From NCBI RefSeq assembly GCF_963506605.1, contig NC_083280.1, forward strand, positions 84,878,001 through 84,942,000: a stretch of DNA of 64,000 nucleotides. Direction: 5' to 3'. This DNA is from Zootoca vivipara. Taxonomy: Eukaryota. The notes beneath the pieces were generated by a model, which did not search any database, was not told the DNA's origin, and saw nothing but the letters and a program-made list of their open reading frames with translations. The position numbers were made by a program, and so were the translations under genes. Below, in pieces: positions 1 through 14,439 of the stretch (position 1 is its first letter; each line of letters begins with the position of its first letter).

Positions 1-301
1 TTGCTACACAAGCCTGGGACCATTTTCTCATACCACCACACCACTTGCTCAACAGTTTTATGGGAGTGATGGAACCACAGTTCCCATTGTTGCACATCAA
101 CCTCTCAACATGTGTAGTAGCTGCCATGGATTCAACCTGCTATTTGTTTGCATGGTGTGGACTTTAGTATTCCCTCTTAATAAGGAATCAAGTCTCCTTC
201 TATTTCTATTTTTCTCCAGAACTGCAGCACACGACAGATACACACAAGATCTTCAAACAAGGTTGTCTGCAATTTCCAAAATAAAGGCAACTGAACTATA
301 C

Positions 302-397
302 CTGTGTCTGTGAAGTAGAAGAACGAGCAGCCAGATGTAGCAGAGAACCACACCACATACTTCAGTCATGGCAAAAGCCCACGGTATCCTAGGAACA
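302..397 (-). CDS. SAMD8: SAMD8 (sphingomyelin synthase-related protein SMSr) second coding exon, 96 bp
   Basis: Minus strand reads ttttag|TGTTCCTAGG...AGACACAG|gtatag and encodes (S)VPRIPWAFAMTEVCGVVLCYIWLLVLLLHRHR. It is in frame with the 578-nt preceding exon (AG+T=Ser). The gene continues left of the window. Confidence 0.95.
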
Positions 398-3300
398 CTA
401 AAAATGGAGGAAAGGAAAATCAAGATGCTATGTGCTACTTTGACATCTGCAATTCCTGGGCAAAAGAAATGCAGACAATGGGTAAGAAGCACCTTACAAA
501 AAAAACAACAACACCCCATTTGATTTAAAACTGAAACTATCGTTTAGGTACCTAATCGCTCAGCATAATTTCTAGCATAGCTGATTGGTTTCAAACAAAC
601 TTGGCATTTGCCAGAAAGATCACATTTTTCTGCAGTTTAGTATCTTACCCTTCTTAAGCTTTGCTTTACTGCCCTAAAACTGGGGAAAGTGAAGCAGCAA
701 GAAGCAAAACAGCCGAACCATTTGCTGAAACTTCTGTAGCCTTAAAATCAATGGGTTCAATAGGCTCTGTTGAAACAAACAGATTTTTGGAATTTGATCA
801 CTAGACAAAGCAGGAGCTTGTTCTAGTAATCTTAAAAGTGCAAAGGCACCCTTGTTCTATCCTACCCAAGAGGGGGCCCCGCCTTGGGAGACAGTTGGCC
901 TCCGCAGCGCTGGGGAAAGGGAAGGGAGGGAGGGGAAAACTTGGCCTTGCACCATAAATTCACACCATGTATCTACAAAAAAAGAGCAAGAGTCTGCAAG
1001 TAATATCTGACAGTTCCAATTTCCATGTCTGCATCCTAAGCATAATCACTCTCTTCAACAGGAGAGAAGCAGTAAATACCAGGTAATTCGATTCAATACT
1101 CTTTTGCCAAATTACAAAATCAAAATCTTCATACATTTTAATGGAGCATCTACTGACTGGGGCTAAAGATGCTTTATCACACAATCAAATCAGCTGTCTT
1201 TTCTGAACTTCAGTGCTTTCTTGCAATATCTTTTCTTCTCTAAGCCGAGTATACATTTCCTTTTACTATTATAGCCCATTTCTTTTGGACATTTACTTGT
1301 CTACACACTCCCTTCTTGTCCTTCACATTTTGTCCACCATTTAACAAATGTATTTCATGCCTGTTTCTTCATTTAACAGCAGTTGAATGCTGCACCATCA
1401 CCAGTTCATTCTACCACTCAATCATCCTCTTATTTTACAAAATGATAACCTTCTCTTCAATGCACATACTTGCAGGGAGGCTAAGAATGCATACAACAAA
1501 TAAGAAAATCAAGAGGACAAGTACCTAAAAAGAGCTGAACAGTAATGTGGATTTTCCAGGGGGGGATGAATATTATGATTTGAACAATGTAATTTACATT
1601 GGAAAATGTTCCATTTACTCTAGAAATCTTTTGATGCCCTAGTGATCCAATCCAACATATTTTACTTCCATTTAGAAAAAAAAGCTAAGCTTTGAAACAG
1701 CTAAGCTTGTTCAACATTGTATTTGTCATTGACATTCATTCATTTTTATGGATATATTTATGAGACGGAACATCACTGGGTCCAACTAACAGGACCACTA
1801 AGAACAGAAACTCACCGGCAGCACAAAACCAGAATCAAGTTCTGAACTCTGAGAAGACAAGCAAGTCTTTGCCTGGTATCAAAAGGGGATAAAGAGCACC
1901 AGGCAAAGCTCCCTGGGAGAACACTCCACAAGCGGGAGGCCAAAACCGAGGAGGCTCTGCCCTCAGATACCACCTCCTTACCTCCCACGGCTTGTGCATC
2001 CAGACAAGAGCAGCCAAACTTGACATTTGCACGGGCAGACACAGACAGAAACAAGTAACCCTTCAAATATCCAGATCCCAAGCCATTTCAAAGATAAGCA
2101 CGAGCACTCTGAATTGTCTGCAGAAACAGAACGGGAGCCAGTGAAGCACCATTGTTCCACTTTAAGCAGCCAATTCCAATTAGCAGTTTTCAATCAGCCT
2201 TCAAAGGTTGCCCCACATGTAATGCATTATGGCAGCTTACTCTGGAGGTCACCAGAGCATGGATAACTTTGGCCAGGCTCTGGAGAAGTGTGTGTGACAC
2301 AAAGTTGGGAGGGAGCTCACTCAAACCTTTCGGCAGTGGGGTGCTCCCACCGGTTTTCCCAGTTCCTTCCTCTCAAGATTTCTGCCTTCTGCTAGCAGGA
2401 ATGAAACCTAATAGTGTAGCTTATTGTCCTTCAGCCAGTGTAAAAGAACACTTAATTTTTCAAACACTGCCAGTAAACAGCCGTAAACATTTCAAAATGC
2501 TCTTAAATGTCCTTTCCGTGAATATTGTTTTAAAAAAGCACAGAATGGAACAGATACCAACATATCACTCAAAACATCATCTAATCACAAAAAGGAACAT
2601 TGCAAAGGAATGAGAGCCAAGAGATCAATTTAACAGCTAAAATCTGAGCTACTGATGACCTAATCTGCAATAATAGTTCCTCTTCTATTCAGCCACTTGC
2701 CTCTTGTTATTCCATCTACTATTCAGCAAATTGTAATCATGGGAAAGTTTTGGCTTTTTTGCTGGCCTACGAAGTCTATGTATTAACATTTTAGCCTTGT
2801 TTTCAAGTGCTTTTGCAAACACTGCCCACAACCCATACTTCTTGGGAACAGAATATGTGCACTGTAACACCACAACAATATGCAATCGCTTCAGTCGAAG
2901 CTATTCTGCAGTCACATGCCTTTGCTGCTAAAAGGGTAATAACAAAGGCCAGTCACTGAGACGACTATTGTAATCTTCTGACCTTGTTTTCCTGATTATG
3001 GTTTCTATTCTAAATCCTTCCTTGGTGCCCTGATGACAGTAATTCTATTCTAAAGCAATATCTAGCATCCAATAGTTTCTCTTCTTGCTCCCTGCTGGGA
3101 TTTTTTTACAAAAGCAGTTCTTTAAACAAATAGTGCCCACATTTAGTATCAAATTTTGTAAATGTTACATTTCCTGACTGAAAGTCAATAATAATGCGCC
3201 ATGGCTAAAGAAAGGACAATTTCACCCCAGCCACCAGTTAAGAGGACCAAGGGCAGTTGCTGACAGATTGCATTCTTCGCTCCCAGCAGGAAAATGCATA

Positions 3301-3822
3301 AGACTTCCCAGCAGCTCTTGAGATCACTGCTGTAGGGGCAGCTCAGCGTTTTGGAGGCGTTTATAAAATTGTTTTGGAAAATTCCACTTTCTTCTTCTTG
3401 CAGCGTAATCTTAAAATGGACTGTGGTTTATTTGTTTCAAACAAGCCACGCATGATAAGGCAGAAATAAACAAGGGCAAACTTTGGTTTATTTGTTGCTT
3501 ACCTTTCATGGCTTCTCTGAAACAAACAAACCATGCTATCAATAAGCCATAGTACAGCTTCAGTGACCAGAGTCTGGAGGGTGTTGTGGGTGCAAGGACA
3601 AAGCATGTTCTCAATTAATTAAACTATTCTTTTAAGACGAACTGTGACTTATCATGATGCGCAAATCAGGCCACAGACAGTTAAGTCATGCATCATGGCT
3701 AGCCACTGCACGCTCAAAGAACTGGGGACAAGTCCACCATGAGCCTCTGAATTCAGGGAGAGGAAAAGCAGTGCAGATGTTGTGATCTAGCCATTTCCCA
3801 TATTTCATGGATTTGCATAGAC

Positions 3823-3958
3823 CAGGCATCCCCAAACTTCGGCCCTCCAGATGTTTTGGACTACAATTCCCATCTTCCCCGACCACTGGTCTTGTTAGCT
3901 AGGGATCATGGGAGTTGTAGGCCAAAACATCTGGAGGGCCGCAGTTTGGGGAAGCCTG
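3823..3958. mobile_element. hAT-type MITE (palindromic)
   Basis: TIRs CAGGCATCCCCAAACT...AGTTTGGGGAAGCCTG; perfect 8-bp TSD GCATAGAC. Relatives at ~51590, 57481, 57883, 60929 and 61940. Confidence 0.9.
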
Positions 3959-4254
3959 GCATAGACCTTGAGGTATTTTCACAAAAAAGTGGGAAATAGC
4001 TGGTCAATGAATTCCCCAAAGGTGGTGGGAGTTGTTAGTATCCAGGGTGCTTACAACACATGCTTTCATGGAAAAGAAAAGAAAAAAAACTGGGGGAATA
4101 ATTTTATAAATTCTTATTTTGTGAAAAAATAATATATATATTTTTAAAAAATTAAGAATGGGAGAAGCAACACGAAATTCTGCAAAACACCTAGCTTGGC
4201 AGTTTAGCAATTCTGATTTTTAGCACTTTTTCCTAAGCAGGTTAAAGCACTTAC

Positions 4255-4832
4255 CTGTCTAGGAATATGTCTGGTAGTGGTGGGTATGTCTGCATGTCAG
4301 GAACTCTCTCGTGCACGATAACCATGACAAATGATGTGAAGCCAAACACAATAAAAACATATATACAACTCAAAGCTGTCTTCCAATACTCTGGGTTCAG
4401 TCTTCGCATAGGATGTTTGTTTTTTCCATTTGCATACTGATACTGGTCAGTGTTCAAATCGGCAACAGGCTCACAGTCATCACAATCCCGTTGAACCTCG
4501 CCATTGCAAAACCAGTCTGTTCCTTGAAGGGAGCCAGGCGACAGGGAACCAATGGGACTATCACTGTTATAACCAAGCTCTTCCAAAACTTCAATGTGGT
4601 GCTTCTGTAACTTGCGAATTGACAACATGAGCCGTTTGATATCACCTAGAACCTTGATTTCCAGAGGAGGAGACCTCAAGTCGTATTCAGTCAGCGTCAG
4701 TAATGTAATTCCATCTAATCTGTGCTTGTCACACAAAATTTCCACATACTCACAGAAGCCTTCTTCCTTCAGCCATTTGGCTACATGCCTGGTAGACCAA
4801 CGCTGAATGCAAAGCTGGCTGTTGCCTTCCAT
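4255..4832 (-). CDS. SAMD8: SAMD8 first coding exon (SAM domain plus first TM helix), 578 coding nt
   Basis: ORF MEGNSQLCIQRWSTRHVAKWLKEEGFCEYV...HRLDGITLLTLTEYDLRSPPLEIKVLGDIKRL...VHERVPDMQTYPPLPDIFLD. Donor AG|gtaagt at 4254; acceptor ttttagcag| just upstream of the ATG (exon starts 4841 or 4844). Confidence 0.97.
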
Positions 4833-5786
4833 CTTCTCTACCTGCTAAAAATCAGATGTTTTAAAGACCGAGAAGATAGTGCCCACATCAATATAGCATC
4901 AAGTTCTCAATGTTCTGGGATATAGCTTTAAAATGTACTTCAGACAGACTTTCCTATGAAGTAACAAAATTACATTGTATTGAGTAGATCAGCTACTCCT
5001 GCTTACCCTTTTCAGATTTAATTTTTACAGCCCAGAGACCTAGTGCTTCCCAACTGGTGACTAGACTGTCTGCTTAGGATGGACTAACTGTATTCTAAAT
5101 CAATTTACTCACCTACAAAAGCATTTTTTCCTGGCCTGTCCACCCACCCACACCTTTCTTAAACAATGGTGGCATACTGATTACATGGAAGAACTGCATT
5201 TCCCTGACCCCCATTTTAAAGGAACATTCACAGCCAATTAGTCATGGGACAATTCTTACTCATCTTGAGCAAGTGGTTATTTCTGAACCTGATATATTAT
5301 GTAAAAGTGTCAAACCCAACTCATTCTGAACCCTGACTTCACTGAGGAAGTTGACCATGTGACGCAATGCAGGCCATTCTCACTGTGGAGGAACGGCACA
5401 TCTCCAACTAGGAGGTCCTCTGCTGTGCCGTGTTTTGCCTTTCCAGACAGCATCTTCTTCTTTCTTTTCTACCCACCCCATCTCTAATAGCTCTGTAGTA
5501 TTACTGTTGCTATTATTATTAATTATAAAATTTGTATACCACGCTTCATCTGAAGATCACAGGATGGGTCACAACAGAAAAGTAGAAAACGAGAACACAA
5601 AATACATAAGAAAAAGGCAAAAACAAGAAAAAGCTTCAAAAGAATTGGAAAACCATGGTGGTAGGGTAGAAAAGTAAGCGCAGCCATTTCTGAGATAGCG
5701 TAAGCCTGTGTATACTCTGATTATGGCTTCAGTGTCCGTTAACTATTAGGAAAATACGTGCCATTTTTACAGTAACGTCTACAAGT

Positions 5787-6187
5787 CAGTGTTAGAAATT
5801 TAGATATGAAAGCTAGGAGCTAAATGGCACCTTGAACCTAGGTTATGGGAGCAACAACAGAATGTCCAGGCACATATTTTTTTAATAAAAAGAACAAAAT
5901 GAAAAAGCTGAAAATGAATGAACTGCAGTCAAAATATTATGTTCATTTTTCACAAGGTCTAGTCCTTCCCATGCCTTCCCCCCTAATATTCTTAAGTGGG
6001 TCTCTTCTCCAGTCTTCAGAGAGTAGCTGGAAGTGGGGAGGCAGAAAAAGCTCCCCCTTTCCTTCCACTCTGCAGCTTTAATCTGAAATCTTAGGCGCAG
6101 TACTGCACGCAGAGCTCAGAAACTGCTTGCGCTAATGAAATTCCCTGTTGCAAAATGCACCTAGAACAATGGGAGTTTTGAACACTG
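5787..6187 (+). mobile_element. Non-autonomous hAT element (~390 bp family)
   Basis: CAGTGTT...AACACTG termini; TSD CTACAAGT/CTCCAAGT; same family at 8082, 13215 and 53291. Confidence 0.85.
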
Positions 6188-6827
6188 CTCCAAGTTCAAG
6201 AGATGCTGCTATCTTACCCTCCCAAGGGCAGGTACCCTCACATCACACTTCACCTGTCCAATCAGGCCCAGTATACTCTCAATGTCATGTAATCTTTGGA
6301 ACACTAAGCCAGAATATGATCAGAGGAGGGAAGTGGTGATGCTCATCATGGTAGTCAAAGTAAATATACAGGTACAAGTGACTAACATGTCTACATTCAG
6401 AAACATGCAAGGAATCTAACTGCCACCAAGCCACCCAAATGCTGACCTCCTTGACCCAAACACTGGCATTTGTGCTGATGAGTGTGTTCTTCTAAGGAAT
6501 GTTAGTTGGTTTTGGTCTGAGAAATAGGGCACAGAGTCTTGTGATATCTTAAAGACCAACACATTTATTATGGCATGAACTTTCATGGGCAGCACCAGAG
6601 TAAGGTCTGTTTCTTTTTTAGTTTGGATGATCTGCATGTGGAAACCTCTCTCTGCAGTGACAATAAACTGCCATGAAAACTTAGATGGTGCTAAGGGCAG
6701 GACAGAAATCTGTAGATTCTTACTTAAGAAACTTACTTTACTTACTTACAGTACTTAAAAGAACAATTGCAACAAAACAAAAACTCCACAATCTCAAGCC
6801 TTCAGAAGATCACTTGCACATTCATGT

Positions 6828-7130
6828 AAAGGTAAAAAAAGGTGAAGGACCCCTGGACAGTTAAGTCCAGTCAAAGGCGACTATGGGGTGCAGCGCTCAT
6901 CTCGATTCAGGCCAAGGTAGCTGGCGTTTGTCCGCAGACAGCTTTCCAGGTCATGTGGCTAGCATGACTAAACTGCTTCTGGCGCAACAGGACACCGTGA
7001 CGAGTGCCACAGCCCACGGAAACGCGGTTTACCTTCCCACCGCAGCAGTACCTATTTATCTACTTGCGCTGGTATGCTTTCAAACTGCTAGGTTGGCAGG
7101 AGCTGGGACTCAGCAACCGGAGCTCACTTT
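6828..7130 (-). mobile_element. Sauria SINE (5'-truncated)
   Basis: AAAGGT tail plus ggacccctggacagttaagtccagtcaaaggcgactatgggg...ctgctaggttggcaggagct body. Confidence 0.88.
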
Positions 7131-7227
7131 CTCATGCGCATTCAATACATTCATATATCACTTAACCAAGAATCCACTTTTCATTTTCTACTGACATTGC
7201 AAATTGAGTTTCAACATTTTCTTGCCT

Positions 7228-7434
7228 GAAGGGTTACAAACGCTTCAGGTTACAAACTCCGCTAACCCAGAAGTAGTACCTCGGGTTGCGAACTTTGCCC
7301 AGGATGAGAACGGAAATCATGCAGTGGCAGCAGCAGGAGGCCCCATTAATGAAAGCGCGCCTCAGGTTAAGAACGGTTTCGGGTTAAGAACAGACCTCTG
7401 GAACAAATTAAGTTTGTAACCCGAGGTACCACTA
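7228..7434. mobile_element. Tc1/mariner (Tigger-like) MITE fragment
   Basis: Ends AACCCGAGGTACCACT-ATA, like the elements at 29531 and 63653. Confidence 0.65.
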
Positions 7435-8081
7435 TATCCTAATCCTTACTTCAACCAATGCAGACAAAAGGTTCAGAGAAAAATAAAATACAGACTCACC
7501 AGATTATTCTCAAGATTTTTCAGAAAAAAAATCAGAAGACAGATACCTAAAGGGTTGACCAAACAAATGCTCTTGATGCACAAATGCTTCAATTAGGACT
7601 CCTTTAGAAGAGATGTCAGACAACAGGTTCTTTGCTTGGCAAAGCAGGAAAAGGAGCACCATCCTTCAATTTTCACACAGTATGAGTCACTCACAATGCT
7701 GATCAAGCATACATACACTCATACATCAAAGGTCACATGTGATAAGTCTTGTACTTGGGAGTAAGTCCACAGTGAATTCCAAACACTGGAAAGGTGGGAG
7801 GGTCAAATGACTGAAGAAATCATGCTCTCTCAATGGACTTCCCAGATAATTTTTTGTCAGTAGCTGTTTAATTTTTTTCGCTACATTTGTACAAGAACAT
7901 GCACTCAAAGCATATTACAAATCTTGTGTAAGGAACAGTTAACTTAACAATTATTTCATACAGCTCCAGAGGAAACAAACACAACAGTAAAAAAATAGTA
8001 GATGTCAATCTGTACTGTAAACCAGAGACATTACAATAAACAAGGGAAACTCCTGCTCTTAGGCCCATAATCAGTTGCAAA

Positions 8082-8464
8082 CAGTGTTACAAACTGAGAT
8101 ATGAAAGCTAGGAGCTAAATGGCACCTTAAATCTAGGTTATGGGCGCAGAAACAGAATGTCTAGGCACCCTTTTTTTAATAAGAATACAAAGCTGAAAAT
8201 GGCAGCTAAAATATTATGTTCATTTTTCACATGGTCTGATTCTTCCCCTGCCCACCCCCTCATATTCTTAAGAGGGTCTCTTCTCCAGTCTTCAGAGTGT
8301 AGCTGGAAGTGGGGAGGCAGAAAAAAGGTCCTCCTTTCCTTCCACTCTGCAGTTTTAATCTGAAATCATAGGCGCAGTACTGTACCCAGAGCTCAGAAAC
8401 TGCTCACGCTAATGAAATTCCCCATCGCAAAATGTGCCTAGAACAAAGGGAGCTTTGAACACTG
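8082..8464 (+). mobile_element. Non-autonomous hAT element
   Basis: CAGTGTT...AACACTG with perfect 8-bp TSD GTTGCAAA. Confidence 0.88.
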
Positions 8465-11400
8465 GTTGCAAACCAGAGAAACTGTCATGGGAAATACATG
8501 TAACCAAGCCTACACCATAACCTGGTCTACTGACTGCAACAAAATGCTTCTTCCAAGCCTAATTTCAGTGAGGAAAAAGGACTCTGTGGATGCCAGAGGG
8601 AAGCACTCTGCAGGTAGGTGTGGACCTTCTGAAACCATGTTGATGACATCTGCAAACAAGTTTCACCTGCTGGGTTCTACACAGGGTTAGGCCAGCACCT
8701 CAAAATAGAACCAACTACATCTAGACACTCATCAGAAGAAACACTGTGCTATACATGTTGGCTACTTAGGTAAATACCACGGCTTGCTCTTTCAAATAAA
8801 TTTACTGGGGAGTAGGCCCTGCTATTTGAAGCAATACATTTGTCCCCATTTCAAGCAACACGTGGCCCACCTTTCCCAAGATGATCTTCATAACTGCACT
8901 TGAAACAAAGCAGTGGCACAGGAACAAAGAGACCAATCAAAATAAAAAAGCCAAAGGAATGTGTTCCCCCAGCTCTCAGACAGAAGAAACTGCAAACAGT
9001 TCCAAAGAATTTCTATCTAGTTTTGGTTTCTAATAATTAAAGTTGGATTACAATATCAGAGACAGTATCTATCAAGCTTAGTCATCATTTGGGACTGGTC
9101 ACGTTTAGCAGTAAGGCTACCAATTATAGTAGTAAGGCTACCAATTATAATCATTTCAAATATGCAGTAGATGTGTAACAGCTACAACCTGGGAAAGATT
9201 CCAAATTTTATTTGGCCAAATATGGCCAAAACATCCAGATTTTGAATTTATTTGAATTCCTATGAGATCTGTGCAGGGTAGGCTAAACATCCTCTATTTG
9301 GGGTTTTTCTATGCAGAGCAATAGTAAGAATTCAAGATAAGATAAGCTATCTTTATTGTCATTGTCCCCTTGCGGAAACAACAAAATTACTCGGTTGCTA
9401 CATCCACTCAGAAGTAGCATTCCGCATAATCCAAAATTACTACAAAACCTAATTAAAAACAGTAAATATGATACAAAATAAAAAAGTAAAATATCAGCAA
9501 TACAGTATTAAAAATTTAAGCCATCAAATCCACCTACCCCCCCAAATAAAAAATTAGAGACCTACACGGATGTTTCCTTCCAAAATGCTTGTTTCCAATT
9601 CATCCAATACTCTTCCTGAAATTCCTGCCCCCTGCCTGATTAAAAATAATTGTGTAAATTGGTTTTACAACTATAAAGTTTAGCCAACTATAGCAAAGTA
9701 CAAAGACTCATTAAAATACACACTGCCAGTACATATAAAGAGCTGGAACAGAGTTATGGAAGGAATAAATACCCCTACTTTTACAAAATACAGAAGGGAT
9801 GTGACTACTGAGAGACCATCCAAGTTATTACACTTGGTCTGGTTCTTAAATAACTGTCATAGCCACTTGCTATTCACATTCTAAGCAAGACAGATTAATT
9901 CATGCAACACCTACTGTATTAAGTAAACTGCACCTAATTTGGACAACAGCCTGGATTGAAAGTGGAATGAGGTCAGGAGGGGCTGTGCTGGTAAATAGAC
10001 AGTTGGAAAACACATTCTTATAACAAATAAAGCTGTACTCGATGGATGTAAGGATATATGACATTTGACGAGAACTTTAAAGTTCAAATCAGAATGTGGA
10101 GAACAAGAAGAAGAAGAAGGAACGAGACATGAGAATGCTCTTCAGGAGGTCCAGACTATGGGAAGCTCGGGGGGAATAATTTGAACTACAATTTGGCTCT
10201 CTCTCTTTTTAGTTAATTGTTTTTAATTGGAATATGATTATATGTTAATTGGCTGTTTGTATTGGAAAACTAATAAAAATGATTTTTTAAAAAAGTTAAC
10301 TGCACCTAATTAAGTATTACAACCAACTCTGTAACAACTCCACTGATATACTGTATGTCGGTGGCAACCTATTGCTTTTAACCTTATTGAGCATGGTCCA
10401 GGCCGTTTGCAATGGGTACATGACTGATGCTTTGGATGTTCTGCTTGTCTACTTATTTAAATTGCTTTTATTAACAGTGATGTTACAAGGCAAGCTAAGG
10501 TTTGTTTTAATAAAACAGATATAAATAACACAAGTTATACCTGAATTTTCAGAAGCTAGTTAAAAAGTACATACAGTACTGTGCTATAAAAACTGGATTG
10601 TGTGTCTTCACTGGCTGGTTACACTGATCTTTCTTTTATATTTAGTTACCAGGATATCCAATCCGATATGGCTTTCAAGAGAAAGAAGATATTGAGCCTC
10701 CTGCAGAGGGAGAGCTTGCCAATATACTGTAGAAAAGGAACATGTTCACACCTGAAGCTATCTAAGTTTCAAAACTATTCACATTCAGCTGATACAAAAG
10801 AGGCAATGCTGCACAATACACAGAAATCCTTGGCAGGGGAACAAACCTCGATTCCTCCAATTTCTCAAAGTTAATGACACTATTTGATTTCTCACACCTG
10901 TTTGAAGCAGTGATATGCCAACTCTAGATAGCAGAATTACTCCCATGATCTTATATTAACAGAGGACCACCATTTAACAAGCAAAATAATTGCAAGCAAG
11001 TTGAAGGATTAAGAAACATTAAGGGACAGGTCAAACAAAAGACACGACAAGTTAATGTCCATAATAAATGTCTACTTGGGTATATATGAAAAGCCACTTG
11101 TCCAAATGTACATAAATGTTTGTGCGTTTCACAGAGTATGCCATTTTTATGCAGTTCACTAACCAATCTACTCCAAGGGCTAAGTATGTGGAAGCTTCCA
11201 CACTTCTTTGCCTTCCTGGTCCTCATTACAAGTGCCAATGTGTTTACTTACTCCAGGAAGAAACACTAGCATAGACACACATATTTCAATGAAAATTGAT
11301 CTTAGGACTGCTGACTGATGTAATGACAATCTAAGTTTATATTCCAAATGTTAAATGTTTTATGAGTATGAATGAGTGGCATAATGCAATCTATACATTA

Positions 11401-13214
11401 CCAAAAAATGTGATATTGATAAGCAGCAACATCCTCAATACATTCCCCTGCTCTACAAAGGGGAAAAAACGAAAACCTACTTTTAAGTAATAGCTGTGCT
11501 TTAATCATCATTGTCCTACAGATCTACTGAATAATATATGGCAATGATTCGCAGGCTGAATCAGCTCAATAGCAAAGCAGATATACACTAGACTAGAGCA
11601 AGCAGAACTGCATGATCTTTCTTCATTTCACGCAACAGGAAAAAGCTGGGAATGCCCCTTTGATTCTCTGCTAAGCAAGCTGCCACAAGTTTTCCTTACA
11701 TTGGCAGCACCCTTGCAGGAAATCTGAAAAAAGGAATAAAGTTTAACTCAGCAAACCTGAAGAACAAACAACTACAACAGTTCCAAGTAATGCAAAAGGC
11801 ATCGAAGGGAAATTTATAGTAACCCAAAGCTTCTGTCACCTATCTGGTAGACACACAGCAATGTTACTTGGAAAAATACAGGCTTACTTTTCAAGTAATT
11901 CTAGAGTGTTCCCCAGCATATAAAAGTATGCAAACTCAGAAAGCTAACCAAGTTATTTGAAAGGCATTTACTAGTATTGCTACTAAAAATTACTGGGCAT
12001 CAATAAAAAAGAAGAAGATGTGACACCAACTAAAGCAGTATGGATATGATCTTACAATTTGATCTCTCCTGCAGGAATGAGATATGAAGAATGAAGGAAA
12101 AATGGTTTCCCCCTATTTTTTCAATGGGGAAAAATACATTGAGGAAAAGTGGAAACACTTTTACACAATACTTTATCTCTCTTAATGAAAAGTGGAATAT
12201 TTGCAAGATCAACTTGTGTAGTGAAGTACAATGCACATATTATTCCATGAACCCTCACATTAACCGGTAGGAGCTGTCCCAGGATACAGCAAGACTTCCT
12301 TACAGAGAAGATGGCAGGACTCACCTGCAGGCTGCAGCCCTGTTATTCTAATTATTTTAAAGCCCTTTCACCATCTCCCTTTAAAGCAGCCTGGGAACAC
12401 AGAACAAAAGCTTTTACAGCTTATGAAAATACTTGGATAAGATACAATATTGATTGCTGGCACTACTAGCAGCTCTCCTCCCATGCCAAATAGTAGCTGG
12501 GAGGCAATTTTCCTCTGGAGCCTGATTTCAAGCTCATAGCTGCCAAATTTTCCTTTTTCTCGCGAGGAAGCCTATTCTGCATAAGGGAAAATCCCTTAAA
12601 AAAGGGATAACTTGGCAGCTATGCAAGCTGAAGGGTAAAACCCCTTCATATTCTCTGCCACCCCAATTCTGATTGCCTCTGCAACTGCAAACTGCAGTTT
12701 AAAAGATTTCTGCAACACTGAATTGTTTAAATGCTTCATGCAACATGAAGTTTGTCCCAAACCCACTGAACTTCAAATGCCAATACAATACAGGCTGTTG
12801 TTGATTACAAAATGCAACAGCCAGAGCACATGTTGTTAAACAGCATGTTGAACATTTAAGTTCAGGTAAAAGATAGCATCTCAAAGGCAGTGATCATTGG
12901 TGCCAATTAGGCCTGCAGACACAGTCAATATTTTATCTCTAATAGGTTGGGAGGATATGCTTTCCTCCAAGCAATTTCACATACCCATGGACTTATCCAT
13001 GACATCAAACCCCAAAAGAGTTTCATACAAAAGACTGTTTCCAACAAGAGTTAGCCAGGTACCCTTGAAATGCAGAAGAAGGGAGTGATTATTTCCCATC
13101 TCCTGCCCTTTTGCTCCTGGAACCTGGTATTCTAGAAAGCTGCAATTGTACTCCAAAGGTCCAGGGGCATAAAATAAAAACAAAGTTGTACCCCCCCCCC
13201 CCCTACAGCATATG

Positions 13215-13510
13215 CAGCGTTCAAAACTCCCATTGTTCTAGGCACATTTTGCGACAGGGAATTTCATTAATGCAAGCAGTTTCTGAGCTCTGGGCACAGT
13301 ACTGCGCCTAGTATTTCAGATTAAATCTGCAGAGTGGAAGAAAAGGAGGACCTTTTTTCTGCCTCCCCACTTACAGCTACTCTCTGAAGACTGGAGAAGA
13401 GACCCTCTTAAGGATATTAGGGGGGTGGGCAGGAGAAGGATTAGACTAAGTGAAAAATGAACATAATATTTTAGCTGCAGTTTGTTCATTTTCAGCTTTG
13501 TATTCTTGTT
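13215..13510 (-). mobile_element. Partial copy of the same hAT family
   Basis: Reverse complement of the distal part of the 8082 element. Confidence 0.8.
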
Positions 13511-14439
13511 GTAAAAGCGAATGGATCCAGGCTTTCCTCAAAGTAGAAAAAGAACAAGGTGATCACACAGAAGAGTGTACCAGCAGCCACTCCCCCTGTT
13601 GGTGCACATCATTCTGGCCGCCCTGGAGAGGCTGCTTCCCAGACACGAAGGTGCTCTTCAGTGAGCAATTTAAAGCTGCGCCTTCTGCCAAAAAAATAAT
13701 TCTGAAAAACAACCCTGCCGGATTAAACTTGTAAAGTTTGGGATGTTTTTTTGGGTGTGTGTGCATGTTATTGGGTGGTTGTTGTTGTTTTTCTTCTGAT
13801 TATGCATTTTGTGGTTTTATATTCTGATTGTATTGTGTGAACCACCCCGAGACCTCCGGGTATAGTGCAGTATATAAATTCAACAAATGAAAATAAATAA
13901 ATAAAATAATAAATAAAGTGTCATCCAGCCTACCTATCTTGTGTCCGGAATACCCCAGTAAGCTCACAAGCAAGGCAGAGATAACCACCCAGCCAGTGCT
14001 GGAGCAGGGCTGTTTTGCACCCCTAAACCAGCCTATTTTGCAGCCTTAGACCACATTATTTTGATTGATTCTATTTCCATGCCACTTTTTATTCAAATCA
14101 ATCCCAAAGTGGCCTACAAACAAAAGATAAAAATAACATAATGAAACTTATGAAAACTGTGTACAGCATAAATGGTATAGAACACTTAACAAATCATCGG
14201 TAAAACAATCCCAAATAAACAATTACCATCTATGTTAACACTATTAACAAAACAACTAAAAAAATAAGCTAAACATCCCAGTTACGCCCTTAGACCAGGC
14301 TATTTTGCACCCTTAGGCAAGGCTACCAATTTGTAACCCCCCCGCCCCCAATCAATCAATTTCTAACTTCATTTTTCAAAATCAAGTATCTTGCAGAAAC
14401 GATAGCATCCTTCAAAATATAAAATCCTTCGAAATAGGA

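Noticed and set aside
3823-3958. Strong hairpin as a possible miRNA precursor
   Set aside because: Palindromic hAT MITE with an 8-bp TSD and multiple relatives in the window.
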